Origin: an uncultured Alphaproteobacteria bacterium
GTDB lineage: Bacteria; Pseudomonadota; Alphaproteobacteria; RF32; CAG-239
Assembly (NCBI GenBank): GCA_934254585.1
Contig: CAKQLF010000006.1
Coordinates: 2,839 to 66,838, forward strand
Direction: 5' to 3'
DNA length: 64,000 bases
Below are positions 1 to 8,200 of this stretch, one piece after another (the first letter of the stretch is position 1; each line of letters opens with the position of its first letter). A program made the translations under genes and the position numbers. The notes below the pieces were generated by a model. The model was not told the origin of the DNA. It saw nothing but the letters and a program-made list of their open reading frames with translations, and did no database searches.

Positions 1-2016
1 ACTTTTGATGTCAAAGGCTTTCAACACCGCCGGATGAATTTCGCCAAAGTAAGCCAACACATTTTTGCCCAAACGCAAAGTTCCGGAACGCCCCGGATGA
101 TAATACGATGGTGCGTCAAGCGTAATCTGCGGATTTTCAAACGGTCCTTTAGCCGCGGCAATCACCGCCAACGCATCGGCCTTGGCGTCAAAAACATCAT
201 AATCGCGGTTGCTGTGCGTCCAATCTTTTTTAGATGTCTGACCACAACGCACGCCGCTGGCAGCCATAATCTGTTCTTGCGGATTGCGGCCATAGAATTC
301 CGGTCCAACTTCAAACAGGGAGACATTGGCATAACCGCGAGCAATATTATTTTTAACCGCCGTCAGCAAGTTTGGTAAAATTGACGGACGCATTTCATTC
401 AGTTCTTTGGCAATCGGGTTAGCCAGAATAATCGCTTCGCCGCCTTTACGGAAATATTTTGCCAAATCACTGTCGGCAAAACTCCAAGTCACGGTTTCAT
501 ACATACCGCGAGAAGCCAATTCGTGCTTTACGATTAAAGCATTGTGCTGTGCCAGCGACAAAATTTCTTTCGGAAACTTATTATGCGGTAAAGAAACGGC
601 CGGAATTTCATCAAGACCAATCATTCGCACAACTTCTTCGACTAAATCGTGCTCGCCCTCAATATCACCGCGCCAACTAGGTGAAACCGCCTTGATTTTA
701 CCGTTTTCCAAAGAAGTCTCAAAACCGAGTTTATTCAAAATTTCCATAGATTTTTCGGCACTTACCGGTAAACCGATTAAAGTTTCCAGACGCTCCGGAC
801 GCAAATAAGCCACTTGCGGTTCACATTCTTCCGAACCAACCACGGTCAATTCCGACGCCTCTCCGCCGCAAATACTCAAAATCATCGCCGTTGCATAATC
901 TGAGCCGCTGATGTTTGATTTTGGATCAACCCAACGTTCATAACGATAGCGCGAATCCGAATCTATTTGCAGATGACGACCGGTGCAGGCAATACATTCC
1001 GGCTTAAACAAAGCGCATTCCAACAAAACATTGTTTGTATTTTCTGAACAGCCCTTAGCCAAACCGCCCATAATACCACCCAAACATTGCACACCTTCCG
1101 CATCGCAAATGCCCAAGGCCTTATCATTCAAAACATATTCTTTTTCGTTCAGCGCGGTAAATTTTTCGCCGTTTTTCGCCATACGAACAACAATATCGCC
1201 GCTTAATTTATCCGCGTCAAAAACGTGCAACGGACGTGCCAAATCATAATTTATGTAGTTGGTAATATCAACAAGCGGAGAAATAGAATGTAGCCCGATT
1301 GCCTCCAAACGGTCTTTCATCCACTTCGGCGTTTCGGCTTTATTATTCACATTGCGGATATAACGCGCGGTGTAAGTCGGACATTCCGCCGGACATTCCA
1401 CCGTAATTTTCAGCGGATTAGCAAATTTGGCCGGAGTTTTTACAATATTCAATGGTTTTAATTTGCCCAATCCTGCCGCTGCCAAATCGCGAGCAATACC
1501 ACGCACGCCCAAACATTCGGCGCGGTTAGGAGTAATAGAAACTTCTATTACCGGATCAATTGCCAAAACTTCCGCCGCCGGTTTACCGAGTTGCGTGTCC
1601 GCCGGCAATTCAATAATGGCATTGTGGTCCGAGCCAATTCCCAATTCATCAAAAGCGCACATCATACCACAGCTTTCGACACCGCGGATTTTTGTTGGTT
1701 TCAAACGCTCGTTAAACAAAGGAATCAAGGTTCCTGATGGTGCGAAAATACCGATTAAACCGGTATAAACATTCGGCGCGCCGCAAACAACTTGATATTT
1801 ATGGGTTCCGTCGTTCACGCACAAAATGTGCAAATGGTCAGAATCAGGATGATTTTCCACGCTATCCAGACGCGCGGTGATAAAGCCGTTTAAATTAGCG
1901 GCCGGATTGCAAACTTCTTCAACTTCCAAACCGATACGGGTTAATGTTTCACTAATTTCATCGAGTGTGGCTGTTGTGTCTAAATGTTCTTTGAGCCATG
2001 ACAAAGTAAATTTCAT
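1..2016 (-). CDS. pheT: Phenylalanine--tRNA ligase beta subunit, partial; the 3' end lies beyond the window start
   Basis: The reverse complement of 2016..1981 reads ATG AAA TTT ACT TTG TCA TGG CTC AAA GAA CAT TTA (MKFTLSWLKEHL), a typical PheT N-terminus. The start overlaps the pheS stop as ATGA. The ORF track shows no stop in this minus frame down to position 1. The plus-strand ORFs 34..1768 are antisense shadows. Confidence 0.85.
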   Translation of the reverse strand, partial: MKFTLSWLKEHLDTTATLDEISETLTRIGLEVEEVCNPAANLNGFITARLDSVENHPDSDHLHILCVNDGTHKYQVVCGAPNVYTGLIGIFAPSGTLIPLFNERLKPTKIRGVESCGMMCAFDELGIGSDHNAIIELPADTQLGKPAAEVLAIDPVIEVSITPNRAECLGVRGIARDLAAAGLGKLKPLNIVKTPAKFANPLKITVECPAECPTYTARYIRNVNNKAETPKWMKDRLEAIGLHSISPLVDITNYINYDLARPLHVFDADKLSGDIVVRMAKNGEKFTALNEKEYVLNDKALGICDAEGVQCLGGIMGGLAKGCSENTNNVLLECALFKPECIACTGRHLQIDSDSRYRYERWVDPKSNISGSDYATAMILSICGGEASELTVVGSEECEPQVAYLRPERLETLIGLPVSAEKSMEILNKLGFETSLENGKIKAVSPSWRGDIEGEHDLVEEVVRMIGLDEIPAVSLPHNKFPKEILSLAQHNALIVKHELASRGMYETVTWSFADSDLAKYFRKGGEAIILANPIAKELNEMRPSILPNLLTAVKNNIARGYANVSLFEVGPEFYGRNPQEQIMAASGVRCGQTSKKDWTHSNRDYDVFDAKADALAVIAAAKGPFENPQITLDAPSYYHPGRSGTLRLGKNVLAYFGEIHPAVLKAFDIKS

Positions 2017-3122
2017 CGTGCAAGTCCTCCGTTATTGCTTAAACCGCCGGTCATAGAAGAAAAATCAAGCGGTGTAAAACCATAGTGTTTGAGCCAACGA
2101 ACATCAGATTCAAAAAACGTCCGCAAGTCCGGAATACCATATTTCAGCATAGCCAGACGATCAATTCCCAAACCAAAAGCAAAACCTTGATATTCGTTAG
2201 GGTCAATGCCACCGGCTTTCAAAACATTCGGGTGCACCATACCACAGCCTAGAACTTCAAGCCAATCTGTACCCGCGCCTATTTTCAGCTCGTTTTTAGT
2301 TTTCAGACAACCGATATCCATTTCTGCCGATGGTTCGGTGAACGGAAAATATGACGGACGATAGCGCACCGGCAAATCGTCAAGTTCAAAAAAAGCTTTC
2401 ATAAAATCATACAAACAGCCTTTAAGATGCGCCATTGTGATGTTTTTATCAATAACCAAGCCCTCAACCTGATGGAACATCGGGGTATGGGTGGCGTCAT
2501 AATCGGAACGATAGGTGCGTCCCGGAGCAATAATGCGGATTGGCGGCTGCTGTTTTTCCATTGTGCGGATTTGCATTCCCGATGTGTGAGTACGGATAAC
2601 GTATGCGGTATCCATATCAAATGGTTCCTCAGGGTTGCTGCTGAGGTAGAATGTATCCTGCATTTGGCGCGCCGGATGGTTTGCCGGCATATTCAAAGCG
2701 TTAAAGTTATGGAATTGGTCTTCAATATCCGGACCATTTGCCACTTCAAACCCCATTTCGCCAAAAATAGCGACAACTTCTTCATAAATTTTGGACACAG
2801 GGTGAATACGACCTTGAGTTTCGGGGCGAATCGGCAGAGTAACATCAATCGTTTCGCCGGCCAATTTTTCATTTAAGGCTTTTTCTTCCAACACGGCTTT
2901 TTGCGCAGTGATGGCGTTGTCAATTTCGGTTTTAACCACATTCAATGCTTTACCGGCGGCAATTTTTTCTTCGAGCGGCAACGCGCCCAAGCCTTTCATT
3001 TGTTCGGTCAACTTACCTTTTTTACCCAAAACCGCCACGCGAATATCGTCCAATTCCTTTAAATTCGCCGCTGTCTTAATTTTTGTCAGGGTATCGTTTT
3101 TTAATTCTTCTAAATTTTCCAT
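2013..3122 (-). CDS. pheS: Phenylalanine--tRNA ligase alpha subunit
   Basis: Track ORF 2013..3185. Conserved class II aaRS motifs are present (FNALNMPANHPARQMQDTF, GFAFGLGIDRLAML). The start was trimmed to the ATG at 3122 (MENLEELKN) with AAGG 12 nt upstream. The track start at 3185 adds an implausible extension. Confidence 0.93.
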   Translation of the reverse strand: MENLEELKNDTLTKIKTAANLKELDDIRVAVLGKKGKLTEQMKGLGALPLEEKIAAGKALNVVKTEIDNAITAQKAVLEEKALNEKLAGETIDVTLPIRPETQGRIHPVSKIYEEVVAIFGEMGFEVANGPDIEDQFHNFNALNMPANHPARQMQDTFYLSSNPEEPFDMDTAYVIRTHTSGMQIRTMEKQQPPIRIIAPGRTYRSDYDATHTPMFHQVEGLVIDKNITMAHLKGCLYDFMKAFFELDDLPVRYRPSYFPFTEPSAEMDIGCLKTKNELKIGAGTDWLEVLGCGMVHPNVLKAGGIDPNEYQGFAFGLGIDRLAMLKYGIPDLRTFFESDVRWLKHYGFTPLDFSSMTGGLSNNGGLAR

Positions 3123-3217
3123 TATTTGCAACCTTAGTTTTTTAAACATAAAAAAGAGTCCGCCTCGGGACTGCCCTTTAGCCAACTCTTTTTTATTTTT
3201 TTTACTTTGTATCTATT

Positions 3218-3577
3218 TTATTTCTTAAGAGCCGCTTTGGCAGTTTCTACCAACTTAGCAAATGCTTGGGGCTCCTTCAAAGCGATATCAGCAAGAACTT
3301 TACGATCAAGTTCAACACCGGCTTTAATAAGCCCGCTGATAAATCGAGAATAAGTCATATCATTGATACGTGTAGCAGCGTTGATACGTTGAATCCACAA
3401 AGAACGAAAACTTCTTTTCTTTGCTTTTCTGTCGCGGTAAGCATATTGCAAACCTTTTTCAACTTTTTCAACAGCAACTCTGAATACATTTTTATTACGG
3501 CCTCTGTAACCTTTAGCCATATCCAAAATTTTTTTATGGCGAGCGTGAGCCGTCAAACCTCTTTTAACACGAGACAT
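3218..3577 (-). CDS. rplT: 50S ribosomal protein L20
   Basis: 119 aa beginning [18 protein letters not shown], the L20 signature. It sits in the canonical position between rpmI and pheS. Confidence 0.95.
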   Translation of the reverse strand: MSRVKRGLTAHARHKKILDMAKGYRGRNKNVFRVAVEKVEKGLQYAYRDRKAKKRSFRSLWIQRINAATRINDMTYSRFISGLIKAGVELDRKVLADIALKEPQAFAKLVETAKAALKK

Positions 3578-3590
3578 ATCCTATCCTCCC

Positions 3591-3785
3591 CTAAATAAAC
3601 GGTAAAAACTTTTTAACAAACTTGTTGGCAGCAGCAATAATCATTGAACCGCGAGCTTGTCTTTTTTGCTTTGTTGGTTTGTTGAAGAGAAGGTGTCTCT
3701 TGAACGAATGGTTTCTTTTTAATTTGCCGGTGCCGGTAACGCTGAAACGTTTAGCAGCGGCTTTTTTAGTTTTCAATTTAGGCAT
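3591..3785 (-). CDS. rpmI: 50S ribosomal protein L35
   Basis: The track ORF runs to 3860, but L35 is about 65 aa. The internal start [14 protein letters not shown] at 3785 matches L35. Confidence 0.85.
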   Translation of the reverse strand: MPKLKTKKAAAKRFSVTGTGKLKRNHSFKRHLLFNKPTKQKRQARGSMIIAAANKFVKKFLPFI

Positions 3786-3925
3786 TTTATTCCCTTTCAA
3801 TAAACTGGAATTAAACAACAAGCTGTCAGGCATGCCAATTCGCCCGAACAACTCAGACAAAGAGCTTTATACCGCAAATAAATTTTAAATTCAAGTGTTT
3901 TTTTAATTTAATCAGACAAACAATA

Positions 3926-3954
3926 TTGACAAAAATTTTCAAATATTTTATATT
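3926..3954 (+). promoter_or_regulatory. Sigma70-like promoter: TTGACA, 17-nt spacer, TATATT
   Basis: TTGACA at 3926-3931, a 17-nt spacer, then TATATT at 3949-3954. It lies about 70 nt upstream of the ORF starting at 4027. Confidence 0.5.
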
Positions 3955-4026
3955 ACGTCTATCAATTTATTATTATCATAGAGGATCCGGTCAAATTCAA
4001 ACCTCTTTAATCATTCCGGTTTTATT

Positions 4027-4731
4027 ATGATTAGATTATTTTTAGTTATCTTGATGGTTTTAGTATTTAACTTTAACGCTTCGGCTCAAATCAGGTTCTA
4101 TAGAATATCAGACACAAATATAACTCAAGAAAAATATTTGTTTGGTGATGATAAAATACGTCTGACCGCAAGTAGTGAAAGTTATGATAGCTACACAATT
4201 GTTGCCAAATATACGTTTTATGGAACTTTAATAGATGTAACCATAGAAGGTTATCGTTCCTACAAGCAAACTTACCTTGGTAAAAATACAAAACTACCGC
4301 TACAAGAATACGCAAAAGGACAGTTGTTGTATTCAGATGGCAAAGTTTGCGAAATTGTCAACAAACGCGAACGCTCACTTTTGAAAATAAAAGATGTTAA
4401 GTTATGTGCTGTTTATGAAGATTATTCTATTAGTCAGGGACTTAATTGGACTAACTCTCAGTTCGAGAATAATATAAACCCTAACTATTATCAACTATCT
4501 AAGTGGGAAACCGCATATAGCTACATCGAAAACAACAAAAAATATGAAAAGAATGTTGTCTTTGGAAGCTATGGCACAAAAGCAACTATTTCCGTTTTGG
4601 ACGTAACCTTTACCAATGGACACAAAGTCAGATTACATATTTACAATGACCCTGAATGGGCTAATGCCAAACCTAGAATGTTGGTTGAGCGTTTCAAAGT
4701 TCGTCAGATAACTGTCTATAAACTTAAATAG
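4027..4731 (+). CDS. Hypothetical secreted protein with an N-terminal signal peptide
   Basis: 234-aa ORF. N-terminus MIRLFLVILMVLVFNFNASAQ looks like a signal peptide. It has its own promoter and a downstream intrinsic terminator. No recognisable domain. Confidence 0.6.
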   Translation: MIRLFLVILMVLVFNFNASAQIRFYRISDTNITQEKYLFGDDKIRLTASSESYDSYTIVAKYTFYGTLIDVTIEGYRSYKQTYLGKNTKLPLQEYAKGQLLYSDGKVCEIVNKRERSLLKIKDVKLCAVYEDYSISQGLNWTNSQFENNINPNYYQLSKWETAYSYIENNKKYEKNVVFGSYGTKATISVLDVTFTNGHKVRLHIYNDPEWANAKPRMLVERFKVRQITVYKLK

Positions 4732-4742
4732 ACACCTAAAAA

Positions 4743-4772
4743 GCCTCACTGCACAGTGGGGCTTTTTGCTTT
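4743..4772 (+). terminator. Rho-independent terminator: GCCTCACTGCACAGTGGGGC hairpin plus T-run
   Basis: Stem-loop followed by TTTTTGCTTT directly after the 4731 stop. A nearly identical copy occurs at 6244..6274. Confidence 0.7.
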
Positions 4773-4787
4773 ACGACTTAAATAATC

Positions 4788-4886
4788 CACATTTTCCCTA
4801 CTAAAAAATGCTATATTTAGCACTTTTTCCTTACTAAAAAATGTAATTTTACACACTTTTTCTATTGAAAAAATGTAATTTTAGTA
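4788..4886 (+). repeat. Three imperfect tandem repeats of about 32 bp (CACnTTTTCCnTACTAAAAAATGnnAnTTTAn)
   Basis: Units begin near 4788, 4821 and 4852. They lie directly upstream of the AAA ATPase gene. Confidence 0.6.
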
Positions 4887-4926
4887 TATATTAGTTAAAA
4901 AAGCAGTTGATTTACGGAGAGCTCTT

Positions 4927-6231
4927 ATGGAACGATATTCATTGCAAACCTTAGAAAAATGGAAAAACAAAACCGGCAGAAAACCCTTGATAATTCAAGG
5001 TGCCAGACAAGTTGGTAAAACTTGGCTTTTAAAAGAATTCGGCCGCAGATATTATGAAAAAGTTGCCTATGTAAATTTTGATAATAATAAAAATATGGAG
5101 ATATTATTTTCTAAAGGTATGGAAATTTCTCAACTTCTGCAAGGGCTTGAACTGGAAACCGAAATAAAAATTACTCCGAACGACACTTTAATTATATTTG
5201 ATGAAATTCAGGAAAATCCCAATGCTTTAAATTCTCTGAAATATTTCTACGAAAATGCTCCCGAATATCACATTGTTGCCGCCGGCAGCCTGTTAGGTGT
5301 TGCCTTAACTCATCAAGGCAAATCATTTCCGGTCGGCAAAGTAGAATTTATGGATTTATACCCTATGAGCTTTTATGAATTTTTAGATGCTTTGGGTGAA
5401 GATAAACTATGCAGCGTTTTGAAACAACAAAATTTTGCTTTGATGGAAACCTTTAAGGCTAAATATGAAGATTTACTGAAAACTTATTTCTATGTCGGAG
5501 GTATGCCGGAAGCGGTTAAAAAATTTGCCGAACACCAAGATTTTCAAGAAGTACGCGAACTGCAAAACTTTCTGTTAAAATCTTATGAACAGGATTTTTC
5601 AAAACATATTGAAAAAAAAGACACCCCGAAAGTCCAAATGATATGGGACAGTATTCCCTCCCAGTTGGCAAAACCTAATCCTAAGTTTGTATACGGACTG
5701 CTAAAAGAAGGAACCAGAGCTAAAGAATTTGAAAATGCTTTGATTTGGCTCAAGAAAACCGGCTTAGTTTATCAAATAAACAAACTGAAAAAACCGGGGC
5801 TTCCGATATATGCTTATGAAGACCGAAGCTCTTTTAAACTTTATATGTTAGATATCGGACTTTTTTGCGCTAAAAGTTTGTTAGACGCCAAAACTCTTTT
5901 GTCCGGAAGCCGGATTTTTGAAGAATTCAAAGGTTCTTTAACCGAACAATATGTATTGCAAGAGCTGAAAACACTGTCTGATATGCCGATTACCTATTGG
6001 GAAGGCACTAACTCGGAAGTTGATTTTGTGGTGCAGCGCGGCAGCGAAATTATACCGGTTGAAGTGAAAGCTACAACTAATCTTAAAGCCAAAAGCCTAA
6101 AAGTTTACTGTGAAAAATATCAGCCGGCTCAAGCAGTACGAACATCTTTAGCTGACTTCAAAAAAACTGAAATCCTGACTGATATACCTTTATATGTTAT
6201 AGAAAATTTTGATAAAATTATAAATCAATAA
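4927..6231 (+). CDS. AAA-family ATPase, DUF4143-type ATP-binding protein
   Basis: 434 aa. Walker A motif GARQVGKTWLL near the N-terminus. The length and architecture are typical of the widespread AAA_14/DUF4143 ATPases. Confidence 0.75.
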   Translation: MERYSLQTLEKWKNKTGRKPLIIQGARQVGKTWLLKEFGRRYYEKVAYVNFDNNKNMEILFSKGMEISQLLQGLELETEIKITPNDTLIIFDEIQENPNALNSLKYFYENAPEYHIVAAGSLLGVALTHQGKSFPVGKVEFMDLYPMSFYEFLDALGEDKLCSVLKQQNFALMETFKAKYEDLLKTYFYVGGMPEAVKKFAEHQDFQEVRELQNFLLKSYEQDFSKHIEKKDTPKVQMIWDSIPSQLAKPNPKFVYGLLKEGTRAKEFENALIWLKKTGLVYQINKLKKPGLPIYAYEDRSSFKLYMLDIGLFCAKSLLDAKTLLSGSRIFEEFKGSLTEQYVLQELKTLSDMPITYWEGTNSEVDFVVQRGSEIIPVEVKATTNLKAKSLKVYCEKYQPAQAVRTSLADFKKTEILTDIPLYVIENFDKIINQ

Positions 6232-6243
6232 ATATTATTCAAA

Positions 6244-6274
6244 GCCTCACTGCATAGTGGGGCTTTTTGCTTTT
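6244..6274 (+). terminator. Rho-independent terminator, a near-identical copy of the 4743 element
   Basis: GCCTCACTGCATAGTGGGGC followed by TTTTTGCTTTT. Confidence 0.7.
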
Positions 6275-6283
6275 AATTTTTTG

Positions 6284-6454
6284 TTGATTTATTAAGAAGA
6301 GTTTGCTAAGGTTTGGGTATTGAATAATTCACCTGTTTTATGAGGAAAGAAAGATGAAAAATAAGCAATCAAAAGGTCTCTCTCTCTCTCTGCAAATCCT
6401 AACTGTCTGATTAAAGGCATATTTTCTGCCACTACAGACGTTTTTGCAAGTTTT
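6284..6454 (+). promoter_or_regulatory. Pilin-family 5' cassette, copy 1: a degenerate promoter (TTGATT-17-TAAGGT), GAGGAAAG RBS plus ATG, (CT)7, and a hairpin/T-run
   Basis: About 85% identical to the cassettes at 33321..33497 and 50365..50545. The -10 hexamer is TAAGGT rather than the TGcTATAAT seen in the other copies. Confidence 0.6.
6378..6391 (+). repeat. (CT)7 dinucleotide tract inside the cassette mini-ORF
   Basis: ctctctctctctct counted directly. The same position holds (CT)8 in copy 2 and (CT)7 in copy 3. Confidence 0.9.
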
Positions 6455-6796
6455 TTGAAGAATTTTAGTTGTAGAGAAACTACTCACTCACACTTCTTTA
6501 ATGTCATTAACGGGCTTGACCCGTTAATCTTGTCGCGACACACATTTTCTTCACTATTCTCAATCATTCGCGGGCACCTCTTTAGCGTCATTCGCTGGCA
6601 CAGACCAGCGAATCTAGATTGCCGGATCAGACTGTGCGTCACGTCCGGCAATGACAATAAGGTGGAGCATGTCGCGTTCGGCAATGACAGTAGATTGGGA
6701 CGATGGTTAAGAGCTGTTTGCAATTTAATAAATACCCCTCACTCGGCACTGTCGTGCCACTCTCTCCCGCACGGGGCGAGAGAGTATGGTCGTTCG

Positions 6797-7381
6797 ATGA
6801 TAGAAATGCTCGGAGTATTAGCTATAGTGGGTGTCCTTTCCGTCGGTGGTATCGCCGGCTATTCTAAGGCGATGGAAAAGTGGAGAATTAATAAGCTGAT
6901 GGAAGAATACAGTTATATGATACAAGGAATTTTAGGCCACTTAACTGAATTTCAAAAATTACCTCGCAATACCGGCCTCGTTGACGTTGGTTTAGCGATG
7001 AATTTTATCCCGTCAAATTGGAAAAAAATAAATCCATTACTCGCTTATGACACTTTCGGAAATGTGGTTAAACCTTATGCCAGAGATAAGCGCGTTGTCA
7101 TTGACTTTTATTTGGGAGGCTTTTCAGACGGACAAAAATCTAAAGGGTTTTCGCCCAGGATATGCGCCGCCATAATGAAAGATCTGGTCAAACCTTTACA
7201 TTCATCTTTAACCTACGCTTGGATATTTCGTGGTGGATTTGTTGTAACCGACCACTTTCGAGGCGACACACGTTGCACCTCCAATGTTACTTGTTTAAGA
7301 GACATCACTCCAGATGACATTAACCGAGTCTGCAACTTGTGTGACGGGGAAAGACAATGTTCCATTACAATTGAATTTTAA
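6797..7381 (+). CDS. Type IV pilin-like protein, copy 1. Start unresolved: 6797 is the only in-frame ATG and the frame is open from 6365
   Basis: GRSMIEMLGVLAIVGVLSVGGIAGYSKAM aligns with the prepilin N-terminal motif G-FTLIELMIVVAIIGILAA, with E at +5 and AIIG conserved. The Cys-rich C-terminus resembles a pilin D-region. It is a paralog of 33875, 50648 and 63150. The copy-2/4 GTG start position reads GAG here, so no equivalent start exists. Confidence 0.6.
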   Translation: MIEMLGVLAIVGVLSVGGIAGYSKAMEKWRINKLMEEYSYMIQGILGHLTEFQKLPRNTGLVDVGLAMNFIPSNWKKINPLLAYDTFGNVVKPYARDKRVVIDFYLGGFSDGQKSKGFSPRICAAIMKDLVKPLHSSLTYAWIFRGGFVVTDHFRGDTRCTSNVTCLRDITPDDINRVCNLCDGERQCSITIEF

Positions 7382-7420
7382 AATAATGGAAAAGTCTATT
7401 TCCCTTGTATACCCAATCAG

Positions 7421-7945
7421 TTATTCCGCCACTGCATATTGACGAAGTGAAATTTCATCATCTTCAGCTTTAAGATTCAAGCAATAAATGCAACAATCAT
7501 CACCTGTTCCGTAATATTCCGGCAACACGGCCCCCAACTTAAAACCGCATTTTTCATAGAAGCGGCGAGTCGGTGCATATTGCGCAGTACTGTCGGTTTT
7601 GACATACAATCGTTCCGCTCCGAAATTTCTCAGATACGCAATCAGATATTCTACCAACTGCCGACCTATTCCCAGACCACGATATTCATTCAGTGTTGAA
7701 AGCCAATAAAGCTCATAAGTTCCGGCTTTAGCGTCCGGCAACTCCTCAAAACACGCATAAGCAACCGTTTTGCCGTTATATTCGGCAAACAGAAAACGAT
7801 GTTCACAATCTTTGTTATTTAGTAAATGGCGAGCAATATCCATATTGAGTTTTATATCCCGCTCGTCAAAAAAACCGGTGGAAGAAGCTATTTGAGCAAT
7901 AATTTCCGGATCATCTTTTTTTAATATATTTCTGAAACTGAGCAT
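7421..7945 (-). CDS. GNAT-family N-acetyltransferase
   Basis: 174 aa. Acetyl-CoA binding motif region (RGLGIGRQLV) typical of GNAT enzymes. Confidence 0.75.
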   Translation of the reverse strand: MLSFRNILKKDDPEIIAQIASSTGFFDERDIKLNMDIARHLLNNKDCEHRFLFAEYNGKTVAYACFEELPDAKAGTYELYWLSTLNEYRGLGIGRQLVEYLIAYLRNFGAERLYVKTDSTAQYAPTRRFYEKCGFKLGAVLPEYYGTGDDCCIYCLNLKAEDDEISLRQYAVAE

Positions 7946-8200
7946 AATTACACTCCTTTCAGAACGTCTCGTACCTCACAAAAAGATAAAAAGTTAGAAG
8001 AAAATAATAAGACAGACCTGTTGTGGTTTCCGTCATTAAAACCGCATAAGGCAGCGGTCGGCGCGCAATTTAACATAAAAACTCCATCGTTGTTAACACA
8101 GTGCAAGATTGTTAAAATAACAACCTTACACTATCATTATAACTTTTTTTCAAAGAGTTTTCAAGCTAAAATATTTTTTTGAAGAATTTACTTGGTGTTC

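Noticed and set aside
34-1768. Plus-strand ORFs 34..378, 407..808, 983..1249 and 1427..1768
   Set aside because: They lie antisense to the uninterrupted pheT reading frame on the minus strand (MKFTLSWLKEHL start at 2016). They are antisense shadow ORFs.
4788-4886. The tandem ~32-bp repeats and the (CT)n tracts as possible CRISPR arrays
   Set aside because: There are only three imperfect units with no unique spacers, or a simple dinucleotide repeat. No cas genes are present. There is no CRISPR in the window.
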